Origin: an uncultured Bacillota bacterium
Lineage (GTDB): Bacteria > Bacillota > Clostridia > Christensenellales > UBA1242
Assembly: GCA_949296805.1 (NCBI GenBank)
Contig: CASFPO010000007.1
Location: 17,291-81,290 of the forward strand
Direction of reading: 5' to 3'
Length of the DNA stretch: 64,000 bases
The notes below the pieces were generated by a model. That model was not told where the DNA came from. It did no database searches and saw only the letters and a program-made list of their open reading frames with translations. Shown piece after piece: positions 1 to 8,620 of the stretch. Both the position numbers and the translations under genes were made by a program. How positions within the stretch are numbered: position 1 is the first letter of the stretch; the number at the start of each line of letters is the position of its first letter.

Positions 1-346
1 CTCTAACTCCGACAACGTGAACATTTACAGCATCAACAAGCATACCTGTAAAATATTCCACACTATACTTTACAGATTTACGCAAAGACTCAGCCACTGC
101 ACTTATTGATACACCATACTTTAAAATACAATACACATCAATATATATTCTGTTGTCGATATGACTAATCTTAATCCCTTTGGAATAAGATTCTTTTTTA
201 AATAATTCGTTAGCGCTATCTTTAACGGATTTAGAGACAAGGTCCACCACGCCATAACAATCGAGGGCGGCATAACCTGCAACAACCCTAATCGAATCGT
301 CTGATATGGAAATATTACCATAATAGTTATTGGTATCGACTGTCAT
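1..346 (-). CDS. Asp23/Gls24-family (alkaline shock, DUF322-like) protein; 3' end runs off the window
   Basis: Not in ORF track because there is no stop in the window. Manual translation from ATG (complement of 344-346): MTVDTNNYYGNISISDDSIRVVAGYAALDCYGVVDLVSKSVKD...NVHVVGVR. A GGGGGA RBS lies upstream. Divergent from rpmB, as yloU is in Bacillus. Confidence 0.75.
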   Translation of the reverse strand, partial: MTVDTNNYYGNISISDDSIRVVAGYAALDCYGVVDLVSKSVKDSANELFKKESYSKGIKISHIDNRIYIDVYCILKYGVSISAVAESLRKSVKYSVEYFTGMLVDAVNVHVVGVR

Positions 347-478
347 TTATCCCCCTAAAAATAGTTATTTCGCCTTATATATAATACAATATATCAAAAA
401 AAATTACAACCTTTTTTTAAACATTTACATAAATTTGTTACATATTTGCAAGGTTTGTAATATTTTTTTAAAAAAGAG

Positions 479-507
479 TTGATTTTTTTCTACAAAAATG
501 CTATAGT
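479..507 (+). promoter_or_regulatory. sigma-A-type promoter for rpmB
   Basis: TTGATT (479-484), 17-nt spacer, TATAGT (502-507). Confidence 0.5.
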
Positions 508-542
508 ATTATGCATAGAAAATTAAGTTAGGAGGCAAGATT

Positions 543-725
543 ATGAGCAAAATATGTGAAGTATGTGGCAGAGGCAAATTGTCAGGCAAACAAGTATCTT
601 TCTCTAATAAGAAATATAATAGAACTTATGAGCTCAACCTTCAAAAGACAACAATTGAGGTTGACGGAAAGCAAAAGACAGTCAAGGCTTGTGCAAGATG
701 CATCAGATCGGCAAAGAAAGCATAA
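543..725 (+). CDS. rpmB: 50S ribosomal protein L28
   Basis: 60 aa, MSKICEVCGRGKLSGKQVSFSNKK...ACARCIRSAKKA, which is the typical L28 pattern. AGGAGG 7 nt upstream. Confidence 0.95.
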   Translation: MSKICEVCGRGKLSGKQVSFSNKKYNRTYELNLQKTTIEVDGKQKTVKACARCIRSAKKA

Positions 726-767
726 AAACCGCTTTTTGCCAAAAAACAAAAATGGTATACTGTTTTT

Positions 768-1071
768 AACACACTTAGTGTGTTTTTTTGTTTGTTTGAA
801 CTATACCTAACTAAAACTACAAAGCGATTTGTTCTATAGCACAGCAAGATTTTTCTTATTAGCACACTTAGTGTGTTTTTTTTGTTTTGATAATATCCTT
901 AGCTTTAGCAAAACGAATAAACCTAATAAACCTACAGCAACATAGACTACTTTTTAGCACCATTAAGGTGTTTTTTTGTTATAATATGTAAAAGCTTAAC
1001 ATAATGATTAGGTCAAATAGGCTAGCAAGCTATAATGCAAGAGCCTTTTTAACATCTGAGATGTTTTTTTT
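768..1071 (+). repeat. Array of four terminator-like hairpins, each followed by T7-8, spaced 93-95 bp
   Basis: Stems: AACACAC/GTGTGTT (768-784), CACAC/GTGTG (863-875), CACC/GGTG (958-970), AACATC/GATGTT (1051-1065). Each is followed by an oligo-T run. Stems differ but stay complementary. Confidence 0.8.
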
Positions 1072-1113
1072 GCTAGGATAATAAAAATTTTAACAACCTC
1101 ACCCCCACTCACG

Positions 1114-2457
1114 CCCACACGGGTGCGTTGTGGGAAAAAGGATTAGGTATATTGAGTAGATGTAAGGGAAAAATACAAGGATAAGATAATAGGATAAGGA
1201 AAAGAGATTACTACAAGTATTAGATATAAAGATACAATAACAGGATTTGGGAAAAGGATTAGGTAAAAGACTTAGGTAGTGAGATTGAGTTAAGAGATTG
1301 AGTAGAACCTTTTAGCAGTACCTTTGATGTTGGTTTGTTTGTGTCGACTATCCTCACTCTCCTACTCCTAACCCACTACTTTTAATCAGTGACGCTTAAT
1401 TATCTACTTTTAATAAGCCTACAAAAAGCGTTCCTAAATTTATAGTACACCTATCTTTTACCCATTACGCCCACACGGGTGCGTTGTGGGAAAAAGGATT
1501 AGGCATATTGAGTAGATGTAAGGGAAAAATACAAGGATAAGATAATAGGATAAGGAAAAGAGATTACTACAAGTATTAGATATAAAGATACAATAACAGG
1601 ATTTGGGAAAAGGATTAGATATAAAGATTGGATATTTAGCAAATCATAATAAAATACCTTAGCTCGCACCAGTCTAATTTTTTCTAGGATATATAAATTT
1701 TAGCTAGCCTACCACCACTCACACTCACACGGGTGCGTTGTGGGAAAAAGGATTAGGTTGTTTTGTAAAATAGGTTACTCTGTAAAAAAGGATTAGGTTA
1801 TTGAGTAGATATAAAGAAAATATATAAGGATACAATAACAGGATTAGCTAAAAGGATTAGATATAAAGATTGGATATTTAGCAAATCATAATAAAATACC
1901 TTAGCTCGCACCAGTCTAATTTTTCTAGGATATATAAAATTTTAGCTAGCCTACCACCACTCACGCCCACACGGGTGCGTTGTGGGAAAAAGGATTAGGT
2001 TGTTTTGTAAAATAGGTTATTCTATAAAAAAGGATTAGGTTATTGAGTAGATGTAAGGGAAAAATACAAGGATAAGATAATAGGATAAGGAAAAGAGATT
2101 AGATATAAAGATACAATAACAGGATTAGAGAAAGAGATTACTACAAGTATTAGATATAAAGATACAATAACAGGATTATTAGGAAAAGAGATTGATATAA
2201 GTAGTAGATATAAGGATACAATAACAGGATTATTAGGAAAAGAGATTGATATAAGTAGTAGATATAAGGATACAATAACAGGATTTGGGAAAAGGATTAG
2301 GTAAAAGACTTAGGTAGTGAGATTGAGTTAAGAGATTGACTATTTAGCAAATCATAATAAAATACCTTAGCTCGCACCAGTCTAATTTTTTCTAGGATAT
2401 ATAAAATTTTAGCTAGCCTACTTCCTTTTTATCGCGCTCACACGGGTGCGTTGTGGG
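1114..2457 (+). repeat. Five-unit tandem array: conserved hairpin head plus variable purine-rich GGA subrepeats
   Basis: CCCACA-N9-TGTGGG (or CTCACA variant) hairpins at 1114-1134, 1470-1490, 1724-1744, 1966-1986 and 2437-2457. Bodies are nearly C-free on the + strand. GATACAATAACAGGATT occurs 7 times. No ORF >=60 aa on either strand. Confidence 0.85.
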
Positions 2458-2514
2458 GTTTTGTTTATCTTTTGTGCTATAATAAAGGTTTAAGACTATC
2501 TTTTATTCTATTGA

Positions 2515-3167
2515 TAAAAAAACAACTAAGTTAGTTATTTAGCTTAGTTGTCTGAGTCGGTTTTTTGCGTTAGCGTTCTAATTTTGCTATACAAAACTGC
2601 TTGTGTTGTGAAAAAGGCTTACAACTACCCTTTCCTCTATTGATAAAAAAACAACTAAGTTAGTTATTTAGCTTAGTTGTCTGAGTCGGCTTTTTGCATT
2701 AGCGTTCTTGTTTTGCTATACAAAACTGCTGTTGTGTGCTGTTGGGCATTAGCGTTCTAATTTTGCTATACAAAACTGCTTGTGTTGTGAAAAAGGCTTA
2801 CAACTACCCTTTTCTCTATTGATAAAAAAACAACTAAGTTAGTTATTTAGCTTAGTTGTCTGAGTCGGCTTTTTGCATTAGCGTTCTTGTTTTGCTATAC
2901 AAAACTGCTTGTGTTGTGAAAAAGGATTACAACTACCCTTTCCTCTATTGATAAAAAAACAACTAAGTTAGTTATCTAGCTTAGTTGTCCGAGTCGGCTT
3001 TTTGCATTAGCATTCTTGTTTTGCTATACAAAACTGCTGTTGTGTGCTGTTGGGCATTAGCGTTCTTGTTTAGTTATACAAAACTGCTTGTGTTGCGAAA
3101 AAGGCTTTAGTTTACTTTTGTCTATTGATACAAAAAAAAGACAACCAAGTTATCTAATTTAGTTGTC
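2515..3167 (-). repeat. Five tandem intrinsic-terminator units (minus-strand sense) downstream of cysS
   Basis: ACAACTAAG...CTTAGTTGT stems at 2522-2551, 2651-2680, 2830-2859 and 2959-2988, plus a degenerate GACAAC/GTTGTC at 3140-3167. Each is preceded on + by A7-8, which is a U-run after the stem on the minus strand. Spacing alternates 129/179/129/181 bp. Confidence 0.8.
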
Positions 3168-3279
3168 TAAAATTACTATTTTTGGATTAGCTTTCTTATT
3201 TAGCTTTGAAAAACTGTTATGCATTATTCAGGTTTTGATAGCTAATTCAACTGTTTTACATTATTTTAGTTGTCTATCT

Positions 3280-4641
3280 TTAATTTTTTACAATATCATA
3301 GCCATCTTTTTTGTCGTTGATGGTATAGCCTTGGCTTAAAAGTTCTCCTCGCAGTCTATCAGCCTCGGCATAGTTTTTATTCTGTTTTGCCTGCCAGCGT
3401 TTTTCTGCCAAGCTTTTTATCTCTTCTGGGATAGCATCATCCTCGTCAAGTTTGAGTCCTAGTATCTCGTTAAATTTAACTATCAGGTTATAAACATCCT
3501 TGCTTTTTGGCTCTTTCAACAGTTTTTGGCAAACCGCTAGTGCAATCGGCATATTAAGGTCATCATTGATAGCATTTAAAAATTCTTGACGGTAGCCTTC
3601 TTCTCTTTCTTTCGGCAAGCTGAAACTGCCATTTTTATGCTCTTTTACCGCATTCTTAAAATTTTTTAGCGAGTTGTGAGCTGACAGGAGTGAGTCATAG
3701 GTAAAGTTCTGCTGTTTTGAGTAGTGAGCGTTAAAGTAAAAAAATCTGAAATCTTCAGCAGTAAAGCCGTTGTTTTTTAAGTCCTCTATCGTAAAAACAT
3801 TGTGCAGGCTTTTGCTCATCTTTCCGCCATCTATCTGCAAAAACTCAAGGTGCATCCAAAATCTTACCACCTTATGTCCCTCAAGGCAGTCGCTTTGAGC
3901 AATTTCATTTTCGTGATGGATGGTTTTATGGTCGACTCCGCCAGTATGGATGTCAATATACTCGCCAAGATATTTCTTGCCGATGGTAGAGCATTCTATA
4001 TGCCAGCCCGGGTAGCCCATTCCCCAAGGGCTAGCCCACTGCATAATATGTTCTTTTGGAGCTTTTATCCAAAGAGCAAAGTCGGCAGGATGTCTTTTTT
4101 CGCCATCCACCTCAATCCTTGCGCCTGCTTTTTTGCTATTGATATCGTTTCCAAGCTGACCATATCCGCCAAACTTAGAAATATCAAAATACACACCCTT
4201 GCTGGTTATATAGGCATAGCCTTTATCTAGCAGACCTTGAACAAAGCTGATAATATCTTCAATCACGCTTGTTGCTGGTACGATATGCTCAGGCAGGTCA
4301 ATATTAAGCTCTTTTACATCCCTCATAAAGATATCTGTATAGTATTTTGCAATTTCATAAGGCGATTTATTTTCCTTTTGGCTGGCAACAAGCATTTTAT
4401 CCTCGCCCTCATCGGCGTCAGAGGTCAAATGCCCTACATCAGTGATATTCATCACGCCATCAATCTTATAGCCGTTATATTTAAGCGTTCTTCGAATATT
4501 ATCCATAAAAAGATAAGCCCTCATATTGCCTATATGAGGATAGCTATACACAGTTGGCCCGCAGGAGTACATTTTGACTGTATCTTGCAAGGGAGCAAAC
4601 TCCTCCTTTTTGCGAGTTAATGAATTATAAAACTTAAGCAT
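3280..4641 (-). CDS. cysS: Cysteine--tRNA ligase
   Basis: 453 aa with HIGN (YPHIGNMRAY), GWHIECS, HHENEIAQ and KMSKS motifs. Confidence 0.97.
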   Translation of the reverse strand: MLKFYNSLTRKKEEFAPLQDTVKMYSCGPTVYSYPHIGNMRAYLFMDNIRRTLKYNGYKIDGVMNITDVGHLTSDADEGEDKMLVASQKENKSPYEIAKYYTDIFMRDVKELNIDLPEHIVPATSVIEDIISFVQGLLDKGYAYITSKGVYFDISKFGGYGQLGNDINSKKAGARIEVDGEKRHPADFALWIKAPKEHIMQWASPWGMGYPGWHIECSTIGKKYLGEYIDIHTGGVDHKTIHHENEIAQSDCLEGHKVVRFWMHLEFLQIDGGKMSKSLHNVFTIEDLKNNGFTAEDFRFFYFNAHYSKQQNFTYDSLLSAHNSLKNFKNAVKEHKNGSFSLPKEREEGYRQEFLNAINDDLNMPIALAVCQKLLKEPKSKDVYNLIVKFNEILGLKLDEDDAIPEEIKSLAEKRWQAKQNKNYAEADRLRGELLSQGYTINDKKDGYDIVKN

Positions 4642-4726
4642 AAGTCTCCTTATTAAAATATTTATACGAGTAAAAGTTATGTTTTTCTAATAATATATAT
4701 TTTATTATCTTATAAAAAGATAATGG

Positions 4727-5110
4727 CTAAATTATCTTATTTAAAAAGGTATTTAAAGTGTCAATAGCCTTATCTACCTCTAAGCTGGTGTTACCGACAG
4801 CCTTTTCCACCTCTTGAGTAAACTTTTCAAGCTCCTTTTGACCTTTTTCGGTCAGCTGAACAAGTTTGCATCGTCTGTCTATATTAGACTGTTTGATAAC
4901 AACGTTCCCCTCTTTTTCAAGCTCGGCAATCATAAGGGCAAAGTTGGTCTTTTTAATGCCAAGTTTGTCTATAATCACGCCAAACGGGAGCGACTGGTAA
5001 ATCGAACAAAAAAGTAGCACTTTATTTTGAAGCACTGTGCGTTCTCCCCCTACTTTTAATAGATTGTCAAGCAGTCCGCTAATTTCAATAAGTTTTTCTA
5101 TATTCTTCAT
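4727..5110 (-). CDS. MarR-family transcriptional regulator
   Basis: 127 aa winged-HTH pattern: ...IIDKLGIKKTNFALMIAELEKEGNVVIKQSNIDRRCKLVQLTEKGQKEL. Confidence 0.75.
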   Translation of the reverse strand: MKNIEKLIEISGLLDNLLKVGGERTVLQNKVLLFCSIYQSLPFGVIIDKLGIKKTNFALMIAELEKEGNVVIKQSNIDRRCKLVQLTEKGQKELEKFTQEVEKAVGNTSLEVDKAIDTLNTFLNKII

Positions 5111-5268
5111 ACCCTTCTCTTTTCAAGTAAACCTAAAGGCAAAAAGTGCCTTTAAGCTAGCCAAAATGTTATCATTAAAGCATTTACTATATAAGTATAT
5201 ATAAAATTTTTATTAAATGCAAGCGATTTTTAGTTGATTTTGTTTGTCAATGAGATTAAAATATAAGT

Positions 5269-7500
5269 ATGCAAATTGAAGGACCTATCGAAGAAATCAT
5301 TTTTAGGAATGAGCAGAATGGTTATACCGTTTTTATTCTTGATTTTAAGTCAACACCTGTAACTTGTGTTGGCAAGCTTGTCAATGCAAATGTAGGCGAA
5401 AATCTTCTGCTAGAGGGCGAGTATGTAAACAACTCTAAATACGGCTATCAGTTTGCCTTTTCAAACTATGAGGTAACCTTGCCTACCACCCTTGCTGGAA
5501 TTGAAAAGTATCTTGCCTCGGGGCTTATCAAAGGCGTTGGACCTGTCACTGCTAGAAATATTGTCAAGCATTTTAAAGAGGCTACCTTTGATATCATTGA
5601 TATGAGTCCGTCTTCGCTTGCTGAGGTTAAAAATATCAGCCTTAAAAAAGCACTTGAGATTGGAGATAAGTTCAAAGAGCTGAAAAAAGTTCAAAACACC
5701 GTTATGTTTTTGCAAAAGTATAACATAACTACCAACACCGCCTTAAAAATCTATGAGACTTATGGTGGAAACACCATCGAAGTTGTTAAAAATAACCCCT
5801 ATAAGCTGGTCGAAGATATTGACGGCATAGGGTTTTTGACTGCCGACCGTATCGCTAAAAATATCGGTATACCAGAGGATAGTCAGTACCGAGTGAGAGC
5901 TGGGCTTCTGCACGCACTAAACAGTTCGGTAGAAAAGACCGGCAACACCTTTCTGCCAAAGCAGATGCTTTTGTCTCAGGCAGAAAATATACTCAACCTT
6001 GACCGCTCTAGCTACTCTGAGCTGTATGAAAATGCACTTGAAAACTTAACCCTTGACAAAACGGTTATCATTATGTGGAAAAACAATACAGAAATAGCAG
6101 TGCCTACCAAGTATTATTATTATGAATATTCAGTCTCCCAAAAGCTTGCTCTGCTCAACTCCTCTCAAGTGATTGAAAAGCAAGAGGTGGAGGATGAGAT
6201 AAAATTCTTTGAAGAGAAAAACAGAATTACCTTTCATCAAGAGCAGAAAGAGGCTATCAAAAGTGCCATCAATAATGGCGTGTCGGTCATCACTGGCGGG
6301 CCTGGTACTGGCAAGACCACCATTATCAAATGCATCATAGATATTGTAAAGCAAAACAACAAACGCTTTATGCTTCTAGCTCCGACTGGGCGTGCGTCAA
6401 AGCGGATGAGTGACAGCACAGGCGAAGAGGCAAAGACCATACACCGAGCGTTAGAAGTTGCCTCGGGCGACCTTACAAACCGCTTTATCTATAACGAAAA
6501 CAACAACTTTAAAACCGATGTGGTTATCGTTGACGAAGTGTCAATGGTTGACGTTGCTTTAATGAACCATCTGTGCAAGGCTCTGCCTAGAGACTGCAAG
6601 CTTATCCTTGTGGGCGACAAAGACCAGCTCCCTAGTGTTGGTGCTGGAAATGTGCTAGATGACATTATCAAAAGCGGAGTAATCAAAGTTACAATGCTTA
6701 CCAAAATTTACAGGCAAAGTGATGACAGTTTGATTATCACAAATGCCCACCTTATCAATTCTGGGAAGATGCCTTTGATTGACAACTCTTCAAAAGACTT
6801 CTTTTTTGAAGAAAAAAACAATCTAGACAGCATAAAACAATCTATCGTTGACCTTGTTGTAAAACGCCTGCCGAACTTTACCAAACTTGAAAGCACGCAA
6901 ATTCAAGTACTCGCTCCCCTTAAGGCTGGCGTGTGTGGAATTGACAACTTAAACAAATGTTTGCAGGCAAGCCTCAACCCACCCGCTATGACCAAGATGG
7001 AAATAGTGGTTGGCGAGAGTATCTTTCGAGTGGGCGACAAGGTTATGCAGACGACAAACAATTATAACCTTGTCTGGAAAAAACTGAATGGCTTTATTGA
7101 AGAAAAAGGCGAAGGTGTGTTTAACGGAGATATCGGCTATATTGAGCTGATTGATTTTCAAACGGGCGAAGTAGTTGTTGACTTTGAAGATGGTAGGCGT
7201 TGTCTATACCCAAGAACTGAGGTCAGTCAGCTTTCGCTTGCCTATGCCATCACTATACATAAAAGCCAAGGCTCTGAGTTTGACGTTGTGGTGCTACCTG
7301 CTATTGCTGGGCCTAGTATGATACTTACACGAAACCTAATCTATACCGCAGTGACAAGGGCTAAAAAGATGGTGGTAATAGTTGGCGAGCAGAAAAACTT
7401 AAAACGAATGGTTTCAAATAATTACACAGTGCAAAGATTTACTCTACTAAAAGATTTACTTATAGAATCGGATAAAAAAATAAAAGAATTATTTGAATAA
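5269..7500 (+). CDS. recD2: RecD2-type ATP-dependent DNA helicase (RecD/TraA family)
   Basis: 743 aa. Walker A GGPGTGKTT, DEVSMVD (Walker B), C-terminal AYAITIHKSQGSEF...YTAVTRAK. Confidence 0.92.
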   Translation: MQIEGPIEEIIFRNEQNGYTVFILDFKSTPVTCVGKLVNANVGENLLLEGEYVNNSKYGYQFAFSNYEVTLPTTLAGIEKYLASGLIKGVGPVTARNIVKHFKEATFDIIDMSPSSLAEVKNISLKKALEIGDKFKELKKVQNTVMFLQKYNITTNTALKIYETYGGNTIEVVKNNPYKLVEDIDGIGFLTADRIAKNIGIPEDSQYRVRAGLLHALNSSVEKTGNTFLPKQMLLSQAENILNLDRSSYSELYENALENLTLDKTVIIMWKNNTEIAVPTKYYYYEYSVSQKLALLNSSQVIEKQEVEDEIKFFEEKNRITFHQEQKEAIKSAINNGVSVITGGPGTGKTTIIKCIIDIVKQNNKRFMLLAPTGRASKRMSDSTGEEAKTIHRALEVASGDLTNRFIYNENNNFKTDVVIVDEVSMVDVALMNHLCKALPRDCKLILVGDKDQLPSVGAGNVLDDIIKSGVIKVTMLTKIYRQSDDSLIITNAHLINSGKMPLIDNSSKDFFFEEKNNLDSIKQSIVDLVVKRLPNFTKLESTQIQVLAPLKAGVCGIDNLNKCLQASLNPPAMTKMEIVVGESIFRVGDKVMQTTNNYNLVWKKLNGFIEEKGEGVFNGDIGYIELIDFQTGEVVVDFEDGRRCLYPRTEVSQLSLAYAITIHKSQGSEFDVVVLPAIAGPSMILTRNLIYTAVTRAKKMVVIVGEQKNLKRMVSNNYTVQRFTLLKDLLIESDKKIKELFE

Positions 7501-7680
7501 TTTGTTAAATTTTGTCGAAAACAGTTTTCAACTGTTTTTAACAGCTTTTTACAATTTTTGACAGCTTTTATCATATTTTTTACAGCTTTTATCATTTTTT
7601 GACAGTTTTTAACTGTTTTTTAGCAGTTTTCTACATAGTTCTACAATATTTAACAAATTTAAATAATTTTTACAAAAGGA
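7501..7680 (+). repeat. About 17 units of ~10-bp-phased ACAGnTTTT / T-tract repeats (predicted curved DNA)
   Basis: Visible in register in the 10-nt print blocks (acagttttca actgttttta acagcttttt ...). Contains an exact TGTCGAA at 7513-7519. Confidence 0.8.
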
Positions 7681-7685
7681 TGGAT

Positions 7686-8435
7686 ATGAAACATAGGTCA
7701 CTGAAGGAAATTTACAACAATTTTCTTGACAAACTTTTCCCTGTAGAAATTAGGTGTCTGCTTTGTGGCAAGGATATAGCAGAGGGCTCTTTTTTCTGCG
7801 AACAGTGCAGTGAAGAGGACATCTTTAATGAAGGCAATAAGTGTTTAAAGTGCGATGTTATGCTTGACGAGAAAGAAAAAATTTGTGACGATTGCAAAAA
7901 CAACACAAGGTATTTTGAAAGGTGCTTTTGTCCTTTAAATTACAACCAAAAGGTGCGAGGTGCTGTTGTAAAATTTAAAGATAAACACGCAAAATTTTAC
8001 GCCAAACCTTTTGCAAAAATTATATATAATAGGCTAAAAGAAGAAAAGCTTGAGTTTGATTTTATTCTGCCAGTGCCAGCCCACATCAATACCATAAAAC
8101 GCCGAGGCTATGACCCAGTAAAACTTCTTGCAGATGAGCTTTCACTATTAACAAAACTACCCGTCAAGCAAGCGATAATCAAAAAAGTGGACACAAGCAC
8201 ACAAAAGTTTTTGACCTACGAAACGAGGCAAGAAAACATAAGAGACAGTATTACCCGAGACCGAAGTATTGATATTACTGACAAGAGGATACTCCTTTTA
8301 GATGACGTGGTAACTACCTGTGCAACTATAAACTCATGTGCTATGCTACTTGGAAAGGCAAAGGTTGTTTACGCCTGTGCTTTAGCAAGAACTACAAAAG
8401 AGCTGGAAGAGCCAAAACTTGAAGAAGATGACTAA
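7686..8435 (+). CDS. comFC: ComF-family protein (ComFC-like phosphoribosyltransferase domain with N-terminal Cys4 zinc ribbon)
   Basis: CLLCG...CEQC...CLKC...CDDC, then LLLDDVVTTCATI (PRTase motif). Start chosen at ATG 7686 (AAAGG RBS 6 nt upstream); ATG 7680 or the track start 7599 are alternatives. Confidence 0.85.
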   Translation: MKHRSLKEIYNNFLDKLFPVEIRCLLCGKDIAEGSFFCEQCSEEDIFNEGNKCLKCDVMLDEKEKICDDCKNNTRYFERCFCPLNYNQKVRGAVVKFKDKHAKFYAKPFAKIIYNRLKEEKLEFDFILPVPAHINTIKRRGYDPVKLLADELSLLTKLPVKQAIIKKVDTSTQKFLTYETRQENIRDSITRDRSIDITDKRILLLDDVVTTCATINSCAMLLGKAKVVYACALARTTKELEEPKLEEDD

Positions 8436-8480
8436 AAAGCTAAAAATATTTAATTGATAAGATTTTTTTCAAAAAAACGC

Positions 8481-8509
8481 TTGACAGACGTATATTTATT
8501 TTATATAAT
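8481..8509 (+). promoter_or_regulatory. Consensus sigma-A promoter for tRNA-Glu
   Basis: TTGACA (8481-8486), 17 nt, TATAAT (8504-8509). Confidence 0.75.
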
Positions 8510-8545
8510 GAGGAAGTATCAAAAAATTCTCCCTTTTTGATATAT

Positions 8546-8620
8546 GGCCTCATGGTCAATCGGTTAAGACATCGCCCTTTCACGGCGGAGTGAGGGGTTC
8601 GACTCCCCTTGAGGCTACCA
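8546..8620 (+). tRNA. tRNA-Glu (anticodon UUC), CCA encoded
   Basis: Manual cloverleaf: acceptor GGCCTCA/TGAGGCT, anticodon stem TCGCC/GGCGG with loop CTTTCAC, T-arm GGGGTTCGACTCCCC, 3' ACCA. Confidence 0.9.

Noticed and set aside
768-3167. CRISPR array hypothesis for the regularly spaced hairpin repeats (also 16835-17304 and 54680-55190)
   Set aside because: The repeated parts are not identical between units, because the stems covary. The sequences between the hairpins are related to each other, unlike unique CRISPR spacers. Every hairpin is followed by an oligo-T run. Periods of 93-180 bp exceed CRISPR repeat-plus-spacer lengths, and there are no cas genes in 64 kb.
4642-4726. T-box leaders upstream of cysS (4642-4726) and metG (55191-55377)
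   Set aside because: The cysS upstream spacer is only ~85 nt and AT-rich. The metG leader is occupied by the four-way-junction element. I could not find the conserved T-box 14-mer, a specifier loop or an antiterminator bulge. An Rfam scan would be the decisive check.
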